NCBI GenBank assembly: GCA_964016885.1
Contig: OZ024741.1
Location: 276,830,001 to 276,894,000, forward strand
DNA: 64,000 nt
Reading direction: 5' to 3'
Origin: Eledone cirrhosa
Taxonomy: Eukaryota
Position numbers and translations under genes: made by a program. This document shows, one piece after another, positions 1-10,722 of this stretch; positions within the stretch are counted from its first letter, which is position 1; every line of letters begins with the position of its first letter. Below the pieces are notes generated by a model. That model had not been told where the DNA came from and made no database searches. It saw only the letters and a list, made by a program, of their open reading frames with translations.

Positions 1-1330
1 GAAATTAAAAATAAAGGCATGATCAAAATAAAATTAAAATGGGGTAAAACAGGTGGTGGAAGGGTGTGGGGCGTGTAGGGGTGGTGGCGGGTGGAGTGGG
101 GAGAGGGAGACGGGGTGTCCGAGCGGGGAGGGCTGAAGGTGGTGTGTGTGTGTGTAGGTGTACGTGTATGTGTGTGTGTGTGTATGTGAAAGCAAGGGTT
201 GAGGGAAGAACGGGGTTGCATGTTCAGGAAGAGGTGTGTGTGGGGTGGGGTGTAGGTCGGAGTGTGTGTGCGTGTGTGGATAGAGGGGTGGGGGGAGAGG
301 GTTCCGGAGGCTGAATGTGTAAATATGTGGTGGTACGCACGTGTGTGTGTGGTGTTTATGCGTGTTGTGGATGTAGGTGGCGTGTGGGAAAAAAAAATTA
401 TTTGTGTGTGTGTCTGGGGTGAGTCTTAAAGGTAATTCCGTAAAAAGATGTGGTGGAATGCTGAGTAAAATCCTGGGATGCGGTAGATTCTCGGGATCAA
501 GGTTCACATATGTGTAATCCGTGAAGAGATTGGTCGGAAGAGGGGAGATGTTGGGTGCGCGCGCAACAGGAAGTGGTCAGAGGGTCAAGGCAGGAGGAGG
601 GTTGTGTGTCTGTGTGTGCGGGGAGGTGATCAGAGGCATAGCAGCAGTAGGGTAGAATGGTAAGTGAAGGTGTGTCCGTGTGTGCGGAGTTGCGGTGGAC
701 AGGGGAGAGGATGGGTAGATGTGAAAGTTGGAGTGAGGAGGGGGGTGTATTAGTAGAGGTGTTAGTGGGATGTGTGAGTGTTTGAGAAAGGGTGTGGGTG
801 GAGCGGGGAGAGACGGGTGTGAGGGCCGATGGAGGGAGTGTAGTGTACTGGTGTGTGTGAGTGGTGAAGGGGGTGTTAGTGGGTGTTAGTATACTGGAGG
901 TGGAGAAAGGGTTGAATGCGGGTGTGAGTGGGGGTCAGTGGTGGTAGGGTGTGTAGAGTGGGTGGTGTAAGTGGGTGTGTGTGTTCGTGTGCGTAGGGTT
1001 GGGGGGTGTTAGTGATGTTAGTTGCGTGTGGAGTGGGTGGTGTAAGTGGGTGTGTGTGTTCGTGTGCTTGGGGTCAGGGGGTGTTAGTGATGTTAGTTGC
1101 GGGGTGGTGGGGTGGATGTGTGTGGGTGAGGGTTAGTGGTGGTAGTAGGGTGTGTGTTTAATGTGAGCGCGAGTATATATGTACCGGTGGGTGTGTTAGT
1201 TGGGGAAGGGTGGTCGGATGTGGAGTGGAGGTGTTAGTATTGTTAGTTGTGGGGTGGGCGGTGAAAAGGAGGGGGTGTGTTAGTGGTGTTAGTGGGGGAT
1301 ATGTGTGTGGGGAGAGGAGGGGCGGTCGAA
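1..1330. repeat. GT-rich low-complexity tract (CA-rich on minus), directly downstream of the Penelope endonuclease fragment
   Basis: Degenerate GTGT/GGGT/gtgttagt units, including a local ~60 bp duplication at 955-1100. Confidence 0.7.
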
Positions 1331-1344
1331 GGCTAAAGGAATAA

Positions 1345-1523
1345 GGGTGGGGAGTTCAGGCCGGGGGGAGTGTGGGTCTGTAGGGTGAAGATGGTTCGTT
1401 GTTCGACTCTTAGGAGATTGGCGGGTGTTCCGTGGCATTGGAGTAGGCCACAGACTGTAAGGTGGTGAGTGGAATGTCCAGGGGCACTAAAGTGGCGGGC
1501 GATTTGGGGAACTTTTTGGCATT

Positions 1524-1525
<2 letters not shown>
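1345..1525 (-). pseudogene. Penelope-like element GIY-YIG endonuclease C-terminal fragment
   Basis: Translation QIARHFSAPGHSTHHLTVCGLLQCHGTPANLLRVEQRTIFTLQTHTPPGLNS matches the PLE pattern ARHF..PGHS..L.V.G...EQ..IF.L.T..P.GLN; truncated by (TA)n. Confidence 0.8.
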
Positions 1526-1609
<84 letters not shown>

Positions 1610-1656
1610 AAATGACAGGTGGGTGGACTGGTGAAATTCCTTAAAGATTTATTATA

Positions 1657-1716
1657 AACACTATGCACATTTCAATGACCGGGCTCTGCATGAACCTGGT
1701 GACATCATCAAGTGTT
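1657..1716 (-). ncRNA. Minimal type-I hammerhead ribozyme, family B (C3U variant)
   Basis: aacac UUGAUGA [imperfect 31-nt stem II] GAAA ugugca UA guguu, with AATAAA just downstream; homologous to 10665 and 13594. Confidence 0.7.
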
Positions 1717-1826
1717 ACGAGAATTATCTAATAAAGGAATATAATAATGGTAGACACAATACAAGGGGATGAAAAATAGAGAGAAATGTTTAAGACCTGA
1801 AGGCGGCCAAAGGCACCAGTTGCCAG

Positions 1827-1899
<73 letters not shown>

Positions 1900-1985
1900 T
1901 AATAATAATAAATTTGAAGACTAAAATCCAAAGAGGGCTCGATAAGGATAAATATATATCAAATATATAACAAACCGTAGAGCAA

Positions 1986-2130
1986 ATATTTATTAAAATA
2001 ACAGATTAAAGTTTAAGCAAAGAATCGCTGCTTTCACCCTTAACGGGATCTTCTGAGTTTCAGAAGATCCCGTTAGGGGTGAAAGCACCGATTCCTTGCT
2101 TAAACTTTAATCTGTTATTTTAATAAATAT
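1986..2130. repeat. Fold-back palindrome of a hammerhead-like module (CAGAAGA-UCCC/GGGU-GAAA), family M
   Basis: ~70 bp inverted arms centred near 2057; the same module occurs at 6300-6360 (+) and 37272-37350 (-). Confidence 0.75.
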
Positions 2131-2235
2131 ATATATATATCTAAGGCAGGTAAAATTCCCGAGATCCATGGACGAGCTCTCTCCAGCGGTCTCTGTCCCT
2201 CATTATCGCTGCCATATCCTGCATCTCCAACAGAC

Positions 2236-2565
2236 CATTGCTGTAGTGGAGTCTGTGCTGCTGTATGGGTCTGAGACTTGGACACTGACCAAGAAACTCA
2301 CTCAGATGGTGGATGGGTGCTACACGAGAATGCTGAGGATGGCTCTGAACATTAATCAGTATACACTGAGGATGAAAAACTCACTGCTGTATGGGAGCAT
2401 CCCAAAAGTCAGCTCAAAAGTGACACAGAGGAGACTGAGGTTGGCTGGACATGCTCACCGACATCCAGAGTTGACATTGCACTCAGTGCTCCTTTGGGAG
2501 CCCCTACATGGACACACTAGAAGAGGAAGACCAAGGTTAACATATGTTGATGCCCTAAGGACAGA
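2236..2565 (+). pseudogene. RTE-clade LINE, C-terminal ORF fragment
   Basis: VESVLLYGSETWTLT...YTRMLRMAL...RRLRLAGH...RRGRPRLTYVD is the typical RTE post-RT region. Confidence 0.85.
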
Positions 2566-2712
2566 CAAATATATATATATATGTAAAAGGTCTATTTAAA
2601 TTGTTGGGATACAACAAGCAAATATTTTTATAACTGATATAAAGCACTCAACAAATATTTGGAGTAAAAATACGATATTAACAAATGGAAACTATATTTA
2701 TAAAACCATATT

Positions 2713-2777
2713 TATTTCATTATACATATTTCAAGGACACCAAGTTAAATTATGATGTGCTTTCATCAGATAAAATA
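2713..2777 (-). ncRNA. Minimal hammerhead ribozyme, family A
   Basis: uauuuuau CUGAUGA aagcacauca...ugguguccuu GAAA uaugua UA augaaaua; homologues at 6072, 39138 and 43231. Confidence 0.75.
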
Positions 2778-3221
2778 TAATATAGATCAGTTTTATAAAT
2801 AAATATTGACATACCCTTAAAAAATGCAACCATTACTGTTGGAAGCTCCCGGATAGTGGAGTTGTAGCTTTAATTATATTATTATTAGTATTGGATATTT
2901 TTATTTTTAAAATAAGCCGTTGGGTTACGGAGAAAGAGAAAGATAAAGAAGGAGAGGGAGAAAAAGAGAGAGAGAGAGACCAAAACAACAGAGAGAGAAA
3001 GATATATATAGAGAGAGGAGACAGAGAGAAGGGGAGAGAACGAAAAACTCATATCTTGTTGAACGAAAAAGTCATATCTTGTTGAGTTAACTTAACAATT
3101 GAGATGAAATGAATAAATAAAATTAGAAATGTTAATAATCATGAATGGAATATACATATATAATATGAGAAATTAACCATTGTTTAAATATGATTAGATG
3201 TTTAGTTAATCATTATAATCA

Positions 3222-3283
<62 letters not shown>

Positions 3284-3479
3284 CATATATATATTTATTT
3301 ATATCCGTGTGTGTGTGGAGTCGTAGCGACACATCCATCTTCTCCATCGCGGGGTACAACTAAAATGTACCGTCCAACCAAGGGTGCAGAAGGGTGGTGG
3401 TTTCCAATTTTTTCACCACAAAGGATCCCTGTTATCTAAATTAACCCCCCCCCCCCACCACTATTCTCATTCCCTTCCT

Positions 3480-3915
3480 AGATGACTTTCTTACTGCAAA
3501 TTGTTAATCTTTTGATGCATGTATATGGATATAGTGTGGTCCCATAACTCTTGATGGAGTCGCAAGGGCACCGAAGATTTCTTTCAGGGAAGCAGAGAGT
3601 GAGTGTTAGAGAGGAAGTGAGAAAGAGATATAAAGGAAATATCGCCCCCAGTATTAGAATGGTACTTTTTATCGACCTTGAAAGAATGAAATGCAAAGTT
3701 GACCTCGGCGGTATTTGAGAGCAGAGAGTCGGAACGATTATCGCTAATGACTCTGCCAAGTCACCGCCTTGATGTTTTTGTATATAGGGACATATAACTC
3801 CTGATAGAGTCGTAGGAGCGCCGAAGTGACATTAGAGCATGTATTGGACATTTTAAACCTGACGGAGCTCATCCCTCTCTAAGTTTGAACAGAGTTGATT
3901 TCTTCCAGAGAAGGA
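3480..3915 (-). pseudogene. Possible decayed Tx1-type ORF1 remnant
   Basis: LEEINSVQ...VRFK, LYPYTCIKRL and IPP resemble the ORF1 segment EDTDFIERG..VSVLFK..MYPSHMGKRI..IPP; nucleotide similarity to 52480-52560. Confidence 0.3.
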
Positions 3916-3944
3916 GAGACTTTACCAGAGATGCTATAATTGGG

Positions 3945-4105
3945 GATATCTCTCTCTTGTCTCCCTTTTTGAATATTGGGATGATCATTCCTGATTGTCA
4001 TTGCTTAGATGTCTTTCTAGAGATCCAGGCCACGCGGCATTCACGAGTCAGCCGGAAAATACCTTCTCTCTATTTAAGGCTTTCAACATCTCGAGTCGAA
4101 TTTCA
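3945..4105 (-). pseudogene. RTE-like LINE reverse transcriptase N-terminal fragment (frameshifted)
   Basis: EIRLEMLKALNRE...LTRECRVAW...SGMIIPIFKKGDKRE. Confidence 0.7.
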
Positions 4106-4204
4106 GAGGGGAATGGATGGGGTGGGATGGGGGACTAGTGCTTAGTGCAGCGGCAAGGAGGGACTGCCAAGCGAAGAACACAGCACGGGTGACGAGATGG
4201 GGGA

Positions 4205-4357
4205 AAGCTGATGATGATGATGACAATGATGATGACAGTGATGATGACGATGATGATGATAATGGTGATTATGATGATGATGATGATGACGATGATGATG
4301 ACGATGACGGCGATGATGATGACGATGACAATTATGTTGAGGATCATAGTGATGATT

Positions 4358-4402
<45 letters not shown>

Positions 4403-4669
4403 GTGATTATAATGATGACGATGTTAATGATGATGATGATGGTGAAACCTGTAATTTCCGGGGACGACAATTTCCGAATGAGAGGAGAAGGAGGAGGAGA
4501 AGGAGGAGGAGGAGGAGGGGGAAGCGTGTCATTGCTTTGTGATGTCAGCGACACAAGTTTGACATTCCACTTCATTTCATTCCATCGACGTCATCACCAC
4601 AACCTCGTTGCCGTCCTCCCTCTCCTCCTCTTCATCATCATCATCATCCTCACCACTATCTCCTTCCTC

Positions 4670-4713
<44 letters not shown>

Positions 4714-4975
4714 TTCTTCTTTCTCCTGTGTCTCATCAGCAACGCCCCACCCTCCTTCCAATCATCATGTTATCGTTATCGGCATTCAACACCACCACCA
4801 CCACCACCACCACCACCACCCCAAACACCATTACAATGACCAACACTACAACCATCACGGCCACTACAACGACCATGACCACGACGACCACCACCACCAA
4901 CACCAACACGACTACGACCACGACGACGACCATCATAATCATTATGATGATGATCATCATCATCAGCGTGATGAG
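4205..4975. repeat. (GAT)n, (GGA)n, (CT)n and (CAC)n microsatellite cluster
   Basis: Direct inspection; the ORFs here are homopolymeric artefacts. Confidence 0.9.
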
Positions 4976-5022
4976 GAGAGTTCAATGTGAAAGATATTGA
5001 TTCAACCGAATGATCCTATAGA

Positions 5023-5053
<31 letters not shown>

Positions 5054-5169
5054 TGTATGTATGTATGTATGTATGTATGTATGTATGTATGTATGTATGT
5101 ATATATGTATGTATATATATATATGAAAAAGAACACAAGAGCGTCTACAACATCAAAAGATTTTTATTG

Positions 5170-5214
5170 GCTTACAATGTTTCTTCCTTACGTAACCGTA
5201 GGATTCGTCAGAGC
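5170..5214 (-). ncRNA. Minimal hammerhead ribozyme, family G
   Basis: gcu CUGACGA auccuacg-guua-cguaaggaa GAAA cauug UA agc c AAUAAA; cleavage triplet GUA. Confidence 0.8.
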
Positions 5215-5362
5215 TATAAAAGGGGTTTGATTGGTGTTATGGACTCTACCAACCAAACATTCAAGAACAAAGAGTAAAGAGAGTAAAGAGCAAAAGTAGG
5301 GACGATAAGTCTAATTTTGGTGCGGGAGGGTGGGGTGTGGGTCCTTGTTTACTAGCTGCGGT

Positions 5363-5398
<36 letters not shown>

Positions 5399-5716
5399 CA
5401 TGGGTTACCCACTGAAGATTTATAAGGGCCCGCTTGAATAAGTATCTGTTGATCTTATACAAGCTTCTACATAACTTGGTATATTTTCACCCAACTTGTA
5501 GAAATCTTATCATGAAACGAGTCGTCTGGGAAGAGATATATTTGATATATCTCATATGAAATAATACAGCCAATTATCCACACAATACAATATAGTTAGC
5601 ACCCCAAATGTTTAATTGGGAATATATCAGGTATTTCCTAATGTTTGTTGAGTAAGTTGGAATTTGGCCGGAGTATCGCTTTTTAGCTTTCTCCGATTAT
5701 GTATTTATATATATAT

Positions 5717-5804
<88 letters not shown>

Positions 5805-5806
<2 letters not shown>

Positions 5807-6156
5807 AGAGGTTATATTTAATTTGTTGGGATACAACAAGCTAAATATTTTTATAACTGATATAAAGCACTCAACAAATTATCTTTTCTTTTCTTTTTTT
5901 TCCCTATTCCAACGGCTTAATTTAAATATACTGCTTTAAACCTCTCCAACACTAATTTGCATAATAAACCAACAATAAATCTAATAACACCACTATCCAG
6001 GAGATTCCAACCAGAATGGTTGCATTTTTTAAGGGTATGTCAATATTTATTTATAAAACTAACCTATATTATATTTTATCTGATGAAAGCGCATCATAGT
6101 TTGCTTTGATATGTATAATGAAATAAATATGGTTTTATAAATATAGTTTCCATTTG

Positions 6157-6165
<9 letters not shown>
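5805..6165 (+). mobile_element. Family A hammerhead module with stem II/GAAA deleted, preceded by an inverted terminal segment
   Basis: CTGATGAAAGCG at 6080; 5805-5880 matches 2585-2655 but is inverted relative to the ribozyme; flanked by microsatellite. Confidence 0.65.
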
Positions 6166-6205
<40 letters not shown>

Positions 6206-6360
6206 ATAATAATAAATGTGAAGACTAAAATCCAAAGAGGGCTCGAGAAGGATATATATATATCAAATATATAAGAACCCTAGAGCAAATATTTATTTAT
6301 AATTTCAGAAGATCCCGTTGAGGGTGAAAGCAGCGATTTAATCTGTTATTTTAATAAATA

Positions 6361-6392
<32 letters not shown>

Positions 6393-7789
6393 TAACATAA
6401 CTGTATACATATATGTATCAGGGGCGGTGGAAATGGGGTTGGCGGCATGCCCCCCCCCCCCCCATAATTATAGATTTTCTCCCCAAACTACCAAAACACA
6501 CACATATTTGTATATGTGCTACAATTTATGTACATGTTATGTTTATCACATATCGAAGTGTTTTTATATCTTGGTTGATATTTGATAATAACAGTGTAAA
6601 ATATTATATTAACCTTCATAGTAATTTTTTTTGTTATGTCACAACTTTTTCTCCACATATCACTATTTGCCAATTGCTAGATGTATATTCAGAGACAGAT
6701 TTCATAGGCCATTTTGCTATAATCACTTTATAATTATTGAAAGCCGTAAATGTAAATAGACTCAATTTGAACTCAAATTGTATTTTCTGACGATTAAAGT
6801 TTTAAACAGTTCAATTATGTCCAGGATTTTCTTCCAAGATTAAGGTTGTTTGAAGCGTAACTCTTGCATTAATCATATTGTTAGCAAAGTCAGTTTTGTA
6901 CCCGATTTCATTCCATAGTTATGGCTCATTGCAGTGTGGCCTTCTAACTTAATTGTCACCAATTTGGTTCCATAGTTAAGATTGTTTGAAGCGTAGCTCT
7001 TGGATTAATCAAACTTCATGTCCCCGATTTCATTCCTTAGTTATAGCTGATTACACTGTGGTTCTCTAACTTAATTATATCCTGGATTTTGTTCCATAGT
7101 TAATGTTGTTTGTTCCATAGTTAATGTGATACAGAACAAAAAGCGCCCAGCCCACACTGTAAATGTGGTTGGAGTTATAAAGGGCATCCAGCCATAGAAA
7201 CCAAGCCAGAACCAGTTCTGTGTGAGCAGAGCACGGACCTGGCCTGTCTCACAGCGGGACAATCCGTCTAATCCATGCTAGCGTGGAAAATTGACGTTAA
7301 ACAATGATGTTGATGATGAGGATGATGATGATGATGTCTCTCCGTCTTGTATTATAGTGTAAATGGTTGAGTATTTCACAGACGTGTACATTATTAACGC
7401 AATTCTCAGGGAGATTCAGCATGACATTTTGTGTGAGATGACAGGCCATATGAATTACAAGTGGAGTCTATCTTGTATGTATTATAATGCAAAAGGCCGA
7501 GCATTCAACAGACACGAGTTCCTTAAGAGTTCTCAGGGAGATTCAGTATGACACAGCGGGTGACAAGCCTGTCATTTTAAATTACAGGTATGCGCTGTTT
7601 GGACTCGAACTCAATAACCATTAAGCTACTTGCCTTCATCATATAAATTAGAACTTTCAAATTTCTTGATGTTAAATTCTTCAATTATGTTCATGGTTTC
7701 GTGCCAAAGATTTCTATTCATAAAAAGCGACTCTCCATTATTAGAACAACGTTAACAAGAGAATTCAGATTACTTAAAGGACAAGAAGC

Positions 7790-8090
7790 TCCCCAGGCCC
7801 AGTGGTATGTATGTTGGACTTAGGATCGTAATGATGTGGGTTTCGATTCCTGGACCTGGTTGTGTGCGGTGTTCTTGAGCACAACACTTCGTTTTACGTT
7901 GACCCTGTCAGTATACTCAGCTGAATGTGTGTACCAGCTGCAATAGCTTGGCTGGGGATTTAACCCTGTGATGGACTGGCACGCTGTCCAGGATAAAAGG
8001 GTAGTTTTGTATTCTCAGTCGTTTAACGCCACGAAAACAGGGATAAGCATCGGTCTGATGAGTCTCCGAGCTCGAGGCAGACTTTAGATT
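7790..8090 (+). mobile_element. tRNA-derived SINE, second family (diverged)
   Basis: A/B-box-like cagtggtatg...gggtttcgattcctgg, then ttcttgagcacaacactt; relatives at 33191, 52865 and 53150. Confidence 0.65.
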
Positions 8091-8159
8091 TTAGATCACA
8101 ACCACATGGCTAGAGGTTCGATTCCAATGGTATCAACTAACTATCCTTAAAAGAGTCAG

Positions 8160-8560
8160 AAGATTTGCAGAATCGGTAGAGCGTCGGACAACGTACAATT
8201 CAGCATTTCATTTGGCACTTTACGTTCTGGGTTCAAATCTTACCGAGGTCAACTTTGCTTTTCATCCTTCAGGGTTCGATAAAAAAAAACCATACAGGCA
8301 GTACTGGACTTACCTATAAGCTAAATAAGCAATAGGTAAGGGTAACAAAATCTCAGTGGCTATATTTGAAATAAATATTATTCTATTATTAATTTTTAAC
8401 ACTAAATCATAAAAAGTTAGGGTCTCAAATTTTATATAGCTAAGGGCTTCAGCAGATGAAAGTCCGGCTCTGTGTACCAGCGAAATACTGGGGTCGATAT
8501 AATCGACTTTAATCTCTTTCCAAAATTGCTAGTCTTGTGCCTAAATTAGAAATCCTTATT
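8160..8560 (+). mobile_element. Main-family SINE interrupted by a ~174 bp MITE (8299-8472)
   Basis: SINE head and body 8160-8295 resume at 8475 (gtaccag...ctggggtcgat...cttgtgcc); the insert has imperfect TIRs cagtactggactt/aagtccggctctg. Confidence 0.65.
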
Positions 8561-8827
8561 ATATATTTCTACGAGATGAGACGGGTGTTATGAAAGTTGG
8601 AGGTTGGTGGGAGACACGTAACGATTAATTTGTGTCACTTTTAAGGTCAGATTCGTTCAAAACAAAATTATCGTAAGGAAAACGTAAATTCGCCTTCAAA
8701 ATTTTAAAGAAATTTATCAAATACCAACCTTTTAAAACTACTTAAATGATATTATTACACCTTTGTCAAATACGTGTGTAATATAATAAATATTTACCTG
8801 AAATCCTTGTGAGTGCAATGTTGTAAA

Positions 8828-9110
8828 CAAATTCTGTGAGGGTGACCACGTTTTGAGAGGTCTGAACGCTGTATTATTTCTTGATCTGGGGTGGTAGACG
8901 AAATCCGTGAGGGTGACCGGCTTTGGAGAAGTCTGAAAGCTGGATTATTTCTTGATCTGGGGTGGTAAGCAAATTATGTGAGGGTGACCACATTCAGATA
9001 GGTCTGAATACTATATTATTTTTTTTATCTGAGGTGGTAGACAAATTGGGTGAGAGTGGCCACATTTGGAGAGGTCTGAATGCAATATTTTATTATCTGT
9101 GGTGGTAGAT
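8828..9110. repeat. ~71 bp tandem repeat, 4 copies
   Basis: Unit aaattctgtgagggtgaccac...gaggtctgaa...gatctggggtggtagac. Confidence 0.85.
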
Positions 9111-9647
9111 GTAATATGTCTGTCACTTAGTTTAACATAGCAAACAATAGCCAAGAGCATGTAACCACTTCCTGTGTTACGTCGTAGCCTCGAAGTCGGA
9201 GAAGGAGAGGGTGGGGAGTACAGAAGGGTTGACGCATGCGTAATGACGTAATTTCAAATGGCCAAGTGAGGGATTTACAAAATTGACGTTTACTGGACAC
9301 ATTATACCAACAATAAGTAATAAAGTCCTTAATTTTTTTAATATTGTTTTTCACAAAATCAGAGGGATATTACAAACAACGCTTGCACCATTGTGTTTTT
9401 AATAAAGTTCATTCCTTTTGCAGAGAGAAGCTTTTTAACTGAGCATAATATTTCGGTTTATGATCAAGTGCGCTGGAGTCTTTGGCAATTGTCAAAACAC
9501 AATAGTAATGTTTTTATTACACCCTATCTCCTCGACTATAATAGTGTTTTTATTTTTAATCTTCAGTTGATAGGATTTTGAAGATAAAATTTAGGGTTTT
9601 TCCTATAAATTTGGATGTTTTTTGAGCAAATATAGCCATCAAAACTC

Positions 9648-9980
9648 TCGTGTTTCCCCTACTCTAAAAATAAGCTCTGGCATGATTTTTATGTTGCTGT
9701 CCAATATAAGCCCTATCCTGAAAAAAATCCTAGCACATTTTTGCCAGGAAAATTAATATAAAAATAATACAAAACGCAGACTCCCAGAGTATTGTTGATT
9801 ATTAAATTATTTTAACGATATTGTTTTTAACTCTATAAGATATATCCTTTATTTTTGACATCAGTATAATGATATTTTTATGAAAACTCTTGTGCTGTTA
9901 TTGTTTGTGTAAAAATATAAGCCCTAACCTCTTTTTTTAGGGGAAAATAATATAAACCTGTCGTAGAGAAACAAGGTTGT
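9648..9980. mobile_element. Decayed pogo/Tigger-like MITE
   Basis: Ends cgtgtttcccc.../...gagaaacaagg, with internal aaaataagccct repeats. Confidence 0.4.
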
Positions 9981-10435
9981 TTTCTGTGTTTCATTCAAAC
10001 GGTATGTCTAAAACCTCTTTCTCGTAGACGAGTGTCTGGATTAAAATTTACCGACATGATTAAAGTTTAGTGCTCACCACATTTTGAATTTTTGTTCAAA
10101 TAACTTTCTATTCTAAGTAATATATATTTTAAAATAAGAAATAAGATTTTGCAGAGATAGTTTTTTGGGGGTGTTTTTTTTTTTAATGATGTAGATGATT
10201 AATACGTTGCCGAAGTTATATTATAAAAAAACAACAACAATTTTTCCCTTCGCAATTCTTAATTGTAGAAAGCATATGACATTATCAATATTAATTATTA
10301 TTTTAGAACAATGAAATGAATGTATTATGTTCTGGGAACTCTTTCACACCTAGAGGGACTAATGTATAGATTGAGGAAGATTTGGCTGCTATTTCTAGCA
10401 GGTTTAACCATACACACACACACACACAGACAAAC

Positions 10436-10468
<33 letters not shown>

Positions 10469-10664
10469 TTTTTTAGGTTTGTTGGTTCACCACTGGATAG
10501 AATTGGTCATTCCGTATGGTCAATCTTGGTGTAATATTGTGGAGAGTACTCAACGTAGTGCAGTTCACCCGTCTTCGTTTGTGTAGTTGGTGGTGCGAAT
10601 ACGGAGTTAATTATAAATAAAATAACAGGAGGCTGGACTGGTGTAAATCCTTGAAAGGTTTATT

Positions 10665-10722
10665 ATACTATGATCATTTCAATGACCGGGTTCCATATGA
10701 ATCCAGTGATATCATCAGGTAT
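10665..10722 (-). ncRNA. Minimal hammerhead ribozyme, family B
   Basis: auac CUGAUGA [stem II] GAAA ugauca UA guau AAUAAA; palindromic stem III. Confidence 0.8.

Noticed and set aside
4117-5000. Poly-Asp, poly-Met and poly-His ORFs
   Set aside because: (GAT)n and (CAC)n microsatellites
8050-8075. CTGATGAG hammerhead seed
   Set aside because: No GAAA or stem III; lies in the 3' part of a SINE
8828-9110. CRISPR-like periodicity
   Set aside because: Whole ~71 bp units repeat with no unique spacers; eukaryotic context and no cas genes
9165-9265. Promoter-like motif cluster (ACTTCC, CGCATGCG, TGACGTAA)
   Set aside because: No associated exon or CpG island; short motifs alone are insufficient
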